Position numbers and translations under genes: made by a program. Positions 1 through 7,339 of a DNA stretch of 48,080 bases are shown piece after piece (the stretch's first letter is position 1; each line of letters starts with the position of its first letter). The notes under the pieces are model-generated. The model had not been told where the DNA came from and did not search any database. It was given only the letters and a program-made list of their open reading frames with translations. Origin of the DNA: Spirochaetia bacterium. Its GTDB lineage: Bacteria; Spirochaetota; Spirochaetia; PWKH01. Location: assembly GCA_007116075.1 (NCBI GenBank), contig SKJE01000011.1, forward strand, positions 1 through 48,080. The letters are read 5' to 3'.

Positions 1-146
1 AGCTGATCAGCAGGGAGTCCGGTCAATCCTTGGAAAAGGTTGAACATGATACGGACCGGGACTGCTGGCTGGATGCGAAGGAGGCGGTTTCCTATGGACT
101 GATCTCCCGGATAACAGAACATAAGGAAGATCTTTCATCGAAATAG
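1..146 (+). CDS. clpP: ATP-dependent Clp protease proteolytic subunit, C-terminal fragment (5' end outside window)
   Basis: Manual translation from position 3 gives LISRESGQSLEKVEHDTDRDCWLDAKEAVSYGLISRI..., stop TAG 144-146. This matches the ClpP C-terminal DTDRDxW/F..AxEAxxYGLI motif. Confidence 0.85.
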   Translation, partial: LISRESGQSLEKVEHDTDRDCWLDAKEAVSYGLISRITEHKEDLSSK

Positions 147-161
147 GGTACATCGGTACCT

Positions 162-215
162 TCCCTTGTCACATATGTTCTTGACTGGTATAGTTGTGGA
201 AAATGTGACAGGGGA
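162..215 (+). promoter_or_regulatory. Sigma70-type promoter flanked by a 13-bp inverted repeat (candidate operator)
   Basis: TTGTCA (166-171), 17-bp spacer, TG-n-TATAGT (189-194). Repeat arms TCCCTTGTCACAT (162-174) and ATGTGACAGGGGA (203-215), one mismatch. Confidence 0.6.
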
Positions 216-221
216 TGAGGT

Positions 222-2150
222 ATGGCAGTACACAACTCACCGAATATTATTCGCGATATAGCCCGACGCTACTACATTCAGGGCCAGCAGCAGTCTGAAA
301 TAGCCGCATATTACGCAATCTCCCGAAGCCAGGTTTCCAAGCTGCTCAAGAAGGGCCGTGAGGAGGGACTGGTCCATATCGAGATTCCCGACCACACTCC
401 CTCCGGGGAACTGCTTCGCTCCCGTTTGATGAAGACCTTTTCCCTGAAGGATGTCCTGATTGTGCCATCGGGCAGCAGGGACGCCGGAAAAGAAGGGACT
501 GCACTCCGGGTTGGGAACCAGGCGGCTGCATATCTGAAGGAGCTGCTGATGGAGGGGATGCGCATCGGGATTGAATGGGGAACATCCCTGTATCATATGC
601 TTGAACAGCTTCATGTGGACAAGCCCTATGATGTTGAGGTGTATCAGATGCACGGGGTGATCGAGTCCCCCTCCTGTGACATCGAAGGGTTTGTCCTTGC
701 CCGGAAACTTGCAAGAATACTCGGAGGCCGGGTTCGGCTGATCCAGGCTCCCATGGTGGTGGCTTCACAGCAGCTGCGGGATATGCTCGTCACGGAACAG
801 AAAATAGCAGATACCCTGGAGGGAGCTCGTAGTGCGGATGCTGTATTTATCGGTATCGGCTCCAATGAGACCGGTGAGAACGAGCTGTGCAGGGCAGGGT
901 ATCTCTCAAAAGAGGAATCCCTGGCTGTACGTGACCGGGGCGGAACGGCCACCATCAGCGGCTGGTTTCTTCACGAATCAGGACAGATCATGGAGGGAGC
1001 TCCCAACAATCGGATGATCGGGGTACACCCTGATAAGTTCAGGGATATCCCCCTGGTGGTTGCTGTGGCTTACGGTGAGTATAAACAGCGATCTATCCTC
1101 AGCGCCCTCAAGGGAGGGTACATAGATGTGCTGGCAACCGATGAGCAGACTGCCCGGGGAATTCTGGATGAACTGGAACAGCAGAGCCGCCTGCAGGATG
1201 TACCCAGGGAGGAGCTGCTGCTTATGTATGAGCGGATGCTTCGTTCCAGGCTGCTTGACCAGCGGTTGGAGGAGCTGTTTTCCGAGAAAGAGCTCTACGG
1301 GACGACCCACCTCTCCATCGGGCAGGAGGCGTCAAGCGTCGTTCCCGGATGCGCCCTGGAGCCGCAGGACTACCTCTTCGGGACTCATCGCGGCCACGGT
1401 CATGCTGTAGGCAAGGGGCTGGATGCGGCATCCTTCATGGCTGAAATGTTCGGCAAGGTAACCGGCTGTGCGGGCGGACGGGGAGGATCCATGCATCTGG
1501 TGGATGTCTCAAAGGGCATTATGGGTATGAACGGTGTTGTTGCCGGAGTCCTCCCGGTAGCGGTAGGGGCTGCTTTATCAGCCCGGATGCTTATGGAGGA
1601 CAGGGTTTCGGCGGTGTTTCTCGGGGACGGGGCAACAAATGAGGGAGCCTTCCATGAGGCGATGAACCTTGCTGCCGTCTGGAGCCTGCCGGTGCTGTTT
1701 CTCTGTGAAAACAACCTCTATGGAATGTCAGTGCACATTGAGCGGAGCATGAAAGTGGAGAATCTGGCCATCAGGGCGTCAGCCTACGGTATGCCCGGGT
1801 GGACTATTGACGGCAACAATGCCCTGGAGGTGTTTCATACCGTTAAGAGAGCCAGAAAGTATGCACGGGAACATGGCCCTCTGTTCCTGGTGATGAACAC
1901 CTACCGTATATCGGGGCATTCGAAAAGTGACGTCAACGCCTACCGTACCAGTGAGGAAATTGATGCATGGAGCAGACGTTGCCCGATTGCACGGTTCCGT
2001 TCGCAGCTGCTCTCCGGGAGGATCTGCAGTCCTGAAGATATTCTGCAGATTGACCAGAGGGAGGCGCAGCATATACGGGATGCAGAACAACTGGCGCGCC
2101 GGAGTCCGGATCCGGACCCTGAAGATGTAATGGAGTGTATATATTCATGA
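222..2150 (+). CDS. Fusion of a SorC/DeoR/LsrR-family sugar-binding regulator (aa ~1-315) and a TPP-dependent 2-oxoacid/acetoin dehydrogenase E1 alpha subunit (aa ~325-642)
   Basis: N-terminal ARRYYIQGQQQSEIA...SRSQVSKLL HTH plus sugar-binding domain (IEWGTS, IGIGS, LATDEQTA). C-terminal HLSIGQEA, THRGHGH, GRGGSMH, GDGATNEG...CENN TPP motif and YRISGHS. Confidence 0.9.
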   Translation: MAVHNSPNIIRDIARRYYIQGQQQSEIAAYYAISRSQVSKLLKKGREEGLVHIEIPDHTPSGELLRSRLMKTFSLKDVLIVPSGSRDAGKEGTALRVGNQAAAYLKELLMEGMRIGIEWGTSLYHMLEQLHVDKPYDVEVYQMHGVIESPSCDIEGFVLARKLARILGGRVRLIQAPMVVASQQLRDMLVTEQKIADTLEGARSADAVFIGIGSNETGENELCRAGYLSKEESLAVRDRGGTATISGWFLHESGQIMEGAPNNRMIGVHPDKFRDIPLVVAVAYGEYKQRSILSALKGGYIDVLATDEQTARGILDELEQQSRLQDVPREELLLMYERMLRSRLLDQRLEELFSEKELYGTTHLSIGQEASSVVPGCALEPQDYLFGTHRGHGHAVGKGLDAASFMAEMFGKVTGCAGGRGGSMHLVDVSKGIMGMNGVVAGVLPVAVGAALSARMLMEDRVSAVFLGDGATNEGAFHEAMNLAAVWSLPVLFLCENNLYGMSVHIERSMKVENLAIRASAYGMPGWTIDGNNALEVFHTVKRARKYAREHGPLFLVMNTYRISGHSKSDVNAYRTSEEIDAWSRRCPIARFRSQLLSGRICSPEDILQIDQREAQHIRDAEQLARRSPDPDPEDVMECIYS

Positions 2151-3133
2151 GACAGATAAGCTGCAGCGAGGCAGTCAGGGAAGCCATTGCCCAGGAGATG
2201 GAGCAGGACGGCCGGGTGTTCCTCATGGGTGAGGATGTCGGGGTATATGGGGGATCCTACGGGGTGCTCAAGGGACTGGTGGAGCGCTTCGGGAGTGAGC
2301 GGATCAGGGACACCCCGATATCAGAGGCGGGCTTTGTGGGTGCGGCAGTCGGGGCGGCCATGACAGGAACCCGGCCGATCGTTGAGATCATGTACAGTGA
2401 TTTTCTGCTGACAGCCATGGACCAGATTGTCAACCAGGCGGCAAAGATGCAGTACATGTTCCACGGCGCCTTCCAGCTGCCTCTGGTCATCAGGGCTCCC
2501 TCCGGATCAGGAACCGGAGCTGCAGCACAGCATTCCCAGAGCCTCGAGGCGCTCTTTACCCACATCCCGGGATTGAAGGTGGTTGCTCCCTCAACGCCCT
2601 ATGATCTCAAGGGGCTGCTTATATCCTCTATCAGGGATACTAACCCGGTGCTCTTTTTGGAGCAGAAGACCCTCTATCCGTGTATGGGGCCGGTCCCCAG
2701 GGAGTTCTATGAAATACCCCTTGGTAAAGCCAAGGTCTGCAGGGAGGGTGATGATGTTGCCGTAATAACCTATGGGAGGATGGTGCACACCGCTCTTGAT
2801 GCTGCCCGAATACTTGAAGAGCGCCATGGCATTTCTGTCCATGTACTGGACCTGAGGAGTCTGGTGCCCCTTGATGAAGAAGCCGTAATTTCTGCAGCCC
2901 TCAGGACCAGGCGGGTAGTGATCCTCCATGAGGCAGCCCGGAACGGCGGGTTCGGCGGTGAACTCGCCGCCAGGATTGCCGGACATGGGGCTGTATCATC
3001 CCTGGAGGCCCCGATCCTGCGGATCTGCGGACGGGATGTACCGATTCCCTTCTCCCGCACCCTTGAGGAGGCGGCGGTCCCCTCAGTTGAGGAGGTAATC
3101 TCCAGGACTGCCGAACTCTGTCGGCATGCCTGA
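2147..3133 (+). CDS. TPP-dependent dehydrogenase E1 beta subunit (AcoB/PdhB-like)
   Basis: GEDVG, DTPISE, AAQHSQS and DLRSLVPLD motifs. ATG 2147 overlaps the upstream stop (ATGA), with GGAG upstream. Confidence 0.92.
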   Translation: MRQISCSEAVREAIAQEMEQDGRVFLMGEDVGVYGGSYGVLKGLVERFGSERIRDTPISEAGFVGAAVGAAMTGTRPIVEIMYSDFLLTAMDQIVNQAAKMQYMFHGAFQLPLVIRAPSGSGTGAAAQHSQSLEALFTHIPGLKVVAPSTPYDLKGLLISSIRDTNPVLFLEQKTLYPCMGPVPREFYEIPLGKAKVCREGDDVAVITYGRMVHTALDAARILEERHGISVHVLDLRSLVPLDEEAVISAALRTRRVVILHEAARNGGFGGELAARIAGHGAVSSLEAPILRICGRDVPIPFSRTLEEAAVPSVEEVISRTAELCRHA

Positions 3134-3139
3134 GGGAGG

Positions 3140-3523
3140 CTATCTCCGCGCAACCGCCTCTATCTCAACCATCACTCCCAGCGGTAGTGCCGCCACTTGG
3201 ACGCACGCCCTGGCGGGGTAGGGTTCTTCGAAGTATTCTGCATAGATCCCGTTTACGGCGGGGAAGTCCTTCATGTCGGTAATATAGATATTCACCTTTA
3301 CTGCATGCTGCAGTGAAGACCCCGCCGCTTCAAGTACTGCCTTCAGGTTCTTCAGGCACTGCCGGGTCTGCGCCTCTATGGAGTTTCCATCCACAGTCCC
3401 TGTTTCCGGGTTGAGGGGGATCTGGCCGGAGCAGAACACGAGGTCACCGGTGATTACTGCCTGTGAATAGGGCCCGACAGCTGCCGGAGCATTACTGGTT
3501 GATACAATTTCTTTCTTCATCAT
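3140..3523 (-). CDS. ridA: RidA/YjgF/UK114 reactive intermediate deaminase
   Basis: APAAVGPYSQAV, SGQIPL, YPARACVQVAALP, VEIEA motifs. Confidence 0.93.
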   Translation of the reverse strand: MMKKEIVSTSNAPAAVGPYSQAVITGDLVFCSGQIPLNPETGTVDGNSIEAQTRQCLKNLKAVLEAAGSSLQHAVKVNIYITDMKDFPAVNGIYAEYFEEPYPARACVQVAALPLGVMVEIEAVARR

Positions 3524-3619
3524 TATCTCCTTGCGTGTGATTATATCAAAGAAGATGAGGGGAGTATATCAATCAGGGGGCTCTGACCGGTGTTGCTTAG
3601 GGAGTAAGGCGGTGCAGGT

Positions 3620-4624
3620 ATGAAGCGAACGGCAGTGCTCCTATTGTGTCTGGCAGTGTTCGGCTGCAGCCAGTGGTATGGCTCATATGAACAGGAGGGC
3701 ATGAGTATTATCACCTATAATGTACAGGATCTCTTCGATGCCCGGTACGACGGAGGAGAATACCCGGAATATGATCCCCGGGAAGGCCTTTGGGATGCTC
3801 CGGGATACCATCTGCGTCTCTCCCGGCTGCGGGATGTCATTGCCCGTTCAGGGTATCCCGATGTGGTGCTCCTCCAGGAGATTGAGAAACCGGAGATTCT
3901 CGATGACCTGGTCTCGGGTTATCTCTACGGCCGGGGATATCATTACCGGGCGGGAACCAGCACCGGGACATCAGCTATTGAACTGGGGGTCATCACCAGG
4001 TTTCCTATCACCCAAGTGCTTCTCCATGAGGGACAGTTTCTGGACCATGTTTCCCCGAGGCCTACCATGGAAGTTGTCCTCGATACTCCCTGGGGTCACA
4101 TTCATGTATTCAATGCCCACTGGAAGTCCAAGATAGGAGGTGCTGAAGAGACAGAACCTGCCCGACGGGCTTGTGCTGAGGCGCTTGCGAGCAGGATTGC
4201 CGATATCAGGATGGAACATGAGGATGTCTACATCATCGCAGGAGGGGACTTCAATACAACCCCCTTTGAGACTGGCTTATATGACCTGGCGCTGCTTCAA
4301 TGGGATGAGGATGTAAGGGAGGGCAGCCTGTATATCACAGCGGATGGATCCATGGTGGATGCCTCGAAGGGAGTTCTCTATTCTCCCTGGCTTCAGGAGG
4401 GAGGACTGAACCGTCCCGGCACCTATGTCTATCGGGGGGAATGGGAGGCAATTGATCATCTACTGTTCTGCAACAATTTTTTTACCGGGAAATCACCGGA
4501 TTTCCAACAGGCCTTTGTTATTGAAGAGGGGCTGCTGGATGAATGGGGAAGTCCGGCCGGATGGAACCTCAACAGCCGGGAGGGGTACTCGGACCACCTC
4601 CCCCTCGGGGCTGTGGCCCGGTAG
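3620..4624 (+). CDS. Endonuclease/exonuclease/phosphatase-family lipoprotein (extracellular nuclease-like)
   Basis: Lipobox-like AVFGC; TYNV, LQEIE, HWKSK, GDFN, IDH and YSDHLP EEP motifs. Confidence 0.85.
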   Translation: MKRTAVLLLCLAVFGCSQWYGSYEQEGMSIITYNVQDLFDARYDGGEYPEYDPREGLWDAPGYHLRLSRLRDVIARSGYPDVVLLQEIEKPEILDDLVSGYLYGRGYHYRAGTSTGTSAIELGVITRFPITQVLLHEGQFLDHVSPRPTMEVVLDTPWGHIHVFNAHWKSKIGGAEETEPARRACAEALASRIADIRMEHEDVYIIAGGDFNTTPFETGLYDLALLQWDEDVREGSLYITADGSMVDASKGVLYSPWLQEGGLNRPGTYVYRGEWEAIDHLLFCNNFFTGKSPDFQQAFVIEEGLLDEWGSPAGWNLNSREGYSDHLPLGAVAR

Positions 4625-4628
4625 AACC

Positions 4629-5291
4629 TCACTGTATAAGATCTTCCTCAGATATCAAGCTGTTTTCTGCAATATTTATTTCATAGAAAATATGCTCTAG
4701 CTCCAGGGCAATATTCACATTTCTGATGATCACTGGAGGCCGTTCATGGGTACGGGTTATCCTCAGTTCAATGGGAGAAAAATTAAGGATACCCTTAATT
4801 CCGGCTTCCTTCAGCTGGTTGAACACCTCAGTAGATGCCTGCTCATTTACGGCGATGATGGCTACCCGAATATCTTCTTCCTTGATAAATGATTCAAGCT
4901 TCTCCATGGGATAGATCGGTATCGGACACTGGTCGTCATCACAGACTGACGGGTTGATATCGAATCCCGCAGTTAAATGGATGCCGTCCATGGCGAACCC
5001 GCTGTACCGCATGAGGGCACCGCCGATTCTCCCGCATCCTACCACAACTGCCCGCTGGGGTTTATCCTTACCGAGAATTGTGTTGAGCTCTGAAATAAGG
5101 CTGCTGATATTATATCCGCCCCGTTTCTGCCCGGAAATTTTTAGTATCGTGAAATCCTTTCGGACAACTGCCCCTTTCACACCGATAGCGTCCCCAAGGT
5201 TGTTGGCAAAAACCCGTTCTAGTCCCAGAGCCTTCAGTTTATGCAAGATACGGTAGTATTTTGTAAGTCGTAAGATCATTTCTTTATGCAT
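4629..5291 (-). CDS. rex: Redox-sensing transcriptional repressor Rex
   Basis: RLTKYYRIL...VRKDF...GGY winged helix, Rossmann VGCGRIGGAL, GILNFSP. Divergent from an NADH-linked hydrogenase operon. Confidence 0.9.
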   Translation of the reverse strand: MHKEMILRLTKYYRILHKLKALGLERVFANNLGDAIGVKGAVVRKDFTILKISGQKRGGYNISSLISELNTILGKDKPQRAVVVGCGRIGGALMRYSGFAMDGIHLTAGFDINPSVCDDDQCPIPIYPMEKLESFIKEEDIRVAIIAVNEQASTEVFNQLKEAGIKGILNFSPIELRITRTHERPPVIIRNVNIALELEHIFYEINIAENSLISEEDLIQ

Positions 5292-5693
5292 AAAAATACT
5301 TATTCCCCCGTTTATATGATGAATTTCTTTTTAAATCATACAGCAATGCACTAAAAAAATCAATTACCTATTTTAAAATAATTAAATAGATTATTATTGA
5401 AAGGAATATAATCTAATTGACATTCTTGAGTTTTCGCAGACGTTGACAATATGAAGATAATTATTCTATATGATCCAATGAGATATATTAATACTGCCCC
5501 GGAAGAAACGTGTTCTGGGCAATTTTCTTCACAGCAGCTATTATAATCTTAGATCATATCATGTTAAGACCTGCGCCCAAGTTCAAAACTGACCGCTGGT
5601 GTTCCTTGTTATTGGATGTGCATGATACGGTAGTGTTTTTATAATGAATAATTTCATTTCTTTATGCATAAAAGGCAAAAAAATCCCGTTTAT
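5276..5693. repeat. Direct repeat pair: exact 20-mer TCATTTCTTTATGCATAAAA at 5276-5295 and 5654-5673, each followed 11 nt later by CCCGTTTAT (5307-5315, 5685-5693)
   Basis: Read directly from the sequence. Contains the perfect 12-bp palindrome TTTATGCATAAA. The first copy overlaps the rex start codon. Confidence 0.85.
5640..5659. promoter_or_regulatory. Candidate Rex operator overlapping a TATAAT hexamer
   Basis: TAATGAA-TAAT-TTCATTT (5642-5659) keeps the TGAA-N4-TTCA core of the Rex box TTGTGAA-N4-TTCACAA. TATAAT lies at 5640-5645. Confidence 0.5.
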
Positions 5694-5774
5694 GCGTAAT
5701 TAAGGTTTTAAAATAATGAAAAAACACAATAAAAAAACATTTTTCTAATTTAAAATAAAAAAAAGGGATTATTA

Positions 5775-5803
5775 TTGAAAATTAATTTAATCTAAAGTAC
5801 TAT
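5775..5803 (+). promoter_or_regulatory. Candidate sigma70 promoter of the hydrogenase operon
   Basis: TTGAAA (5775-5780), 17 bp, TACTAT (5798-5803), with an A-rich UP-like region upstream. The region is AT-rich, so chance matches are possible. Confidence 0.5.
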
Positions 5804-5844
5804 GATTTACAAATACAAAAGATAAAGGTTGTGTCGGAGGTTTC

Positions 5845-6321
5845 ATGGCTGAACAAAAAGAAAAATTCACCTTTTCTGATGAATTGGTGTCGTACATCAA
5901 GGAGTGGAAACAAAAAAGGGGTAACCTGATCATGGTCCTGCACCGAGTGCAACAGGAATTCAGGTACGTTCCAAAGGAAGCAGCTGAACGGGTTGCTGAA
6001 ATGCTGGATGTTCCCCTGGCAAAGATCTATGGTGTGCTGACCTTTTATCATTATTTCAAGATCAAAGAGCCTGGTGAGTACAACATCCAAGTGTGCATGG
6101 GTACTGCATGTTATCTCAAGGGCGGTGACGGACTCGTTGAGGAACTGGAGAATGTTCTTGGAGTAAGTGAACAGGAAGTAACCGAAGACGGAAGATTTTC
6201 CTTTGAATCGGTTCGTTGTGTCGGATGCTGCGGTCTTGCGCCGGTATTGGTTGTCGGGGAAGAGGTCTACGGGAAGGTTACCAAGGACCAGATTCCAGGA
6301 ATCATTGCTAAATATCAGTAA
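5845..6321 (+). CDS. hndA: [FeFe]-hydrogenase NuoE-like [2Fe-2S] subunit (HndA/HydC)
   Basis: VCMGTACYLKG and VRCVGCCGLAP motifs; GGAGG RBS. Confidence 0.9.
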   Translation: MAEQKEKFTFSDELVSYIKEWKQKRGNLIMVLHRVQQEFRYVPKEAAERVAEMLDVPLAKIYGVLTFYHYFKIKEPGEYNIQVCMGTACYLKGGDGLVEELENVLGVSEQEVTEDGRFSFESVRCVGCCGLAPVLVVGEEVYGKVTKDQIPGIIAKYQ

Positions 6322-6345
6322 GTGACAGTGTAGAGAAGGCTTGTG

Positions 6346-6912
6346 ATGCATAGAACCATCTGTGATTTCCTGCTTGATATCATCCAGAATTCCCTCGAAG
6401 CTGATTCCTCGACGGTTATTGTTCATGTACAGCAGGATGAATCCAGATGTGAGATGACTGTAGCTGATGACGGGTGCGGCATGGACCCGGGAGAGCTGAA
6501 GGCGGCCGGGAACCCCTTTTATACACGGGAGGGAAAGCATTCCCACCGTAAGGTGGGTCTTGGGATTCCCTTCCTGGCCCAGACAGCTTCCATGACCGAC
6601 GGCATCTTCGATATCCAGTCAAAAAAGGATTTTGGTACATCGGTACGTTGGGTGCTGCCCTTGGACCATATGGACACTCCCCCCCTGGGGGATCTGTCCG
6701 GAACGTTCCTGTCAGCCCTTACCTATCCGGGTGAATTTGAACTGACGATTCTGAGGAGCGCTTCATCCAAGGGAAGACAGGAGTCATATGAGCTTCAGCG
6801 GTCTGAACTGGCAGAAGCCCTGGGAGATCTGGAGTCAAGCGGATCCCTGGCACTGCTGCGGAAGTATATAACATCACAGGAGCAGGAACTGCACAAGCTG
6901 CTGAATGGATAA
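6346..6912 (+). CDS. Stand-alone HATPase_c (histidine kinase-like ATPase) protein within the hydrogenase operon
   Basis: DIIQNSLEA (N box), DDGCGM (G1), PFYT (F), VGLGIP (G2), GT. No HisKA domain. Confidence 0.8.
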   Translation: MHRTICDFLLDIIQNSLEADSSTVIVHVQQDESRCEMTVADDGCGMDPGELKAAGNPFYTREGKHSHRKVGLGIPFLAQTASMTDGIFDIQSKKDFGTSVRWVLPLDHMDTPPLGDLSGTFLSALTYPGEFELTILRSASSKGRQESYELQRSELAEALGDLESSGSLALLRKYITSQEQELHKLLNG

Positions 6913-6937
6913 GCACATTGCGAAAAGGAGGCCAGAA

Positions 6938-7339
6938 ATGGCAAAAATGACCCTACAGGAATTGAGGGCACTGCGTGAGCAGAAAAGAAAAGAAATGAAA
7001 AAGCGGGATCTATCTGATAAAACCATGCAGGTTGTTATCGGGATGGGGACCTGCGGCATTGCCGCCGGTGCGAAGGATACCCTGAATGCATTCATCCAGG
7101 AATTGGAGGAGCAGCAGGTCAGTGATGTCATCGTGACTCAGACCGGATGTATGGGCCTCTGTTATGTTGAGCCTACTATTGAGGTGATTGTTCCCGGTAT
7201 GCCGAATATAATCTACGGCAAGGTGGATCCGGAGGTTGCAAAAAACATTGTACGGGATCATCTGATGAATAAGAAAATGGTCAGCGACCATATATTTGAT
7301 CGGCCCGCTGCCGATATCATCGACCAGGGGAGGAAATAA
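6938..7339 (+). CDS. hndB: Thioredoxin-like [2Fe-2S] ferredoxin subunit (HndB/HydD)
   Basis: GMGTCGIAAGA and TGCMGLCYVEP motifs; AGGAGG RBS before ATG 6938. Confidence 0.85.
   Translation: MAKMTLQELRALREQKRKEMKKRDLSDKTMQVVIGMGTCGIAAGAKDTLNAFIQELEEQQVSDVIVTQTGCMGLCYVEPTIEVIVPGMPNIIYGKVDPEVAKNIVRDHLMNKKMVSDHIFDRPAADIIDQGRK

Noticed and set aside
5417-5474. Two TTGACA hexamers (5417, 5443)
   Set aside because: No convincing -10 at 16-18 bp spacing.
5494-5537. GC-richer patch with possible alternative hairpins in the rex-hnd spacer (riboswitch or sRNA?)
   Set aside because: Stems are short and imperfect and match no motif I recognise; a covariance search would be needed.
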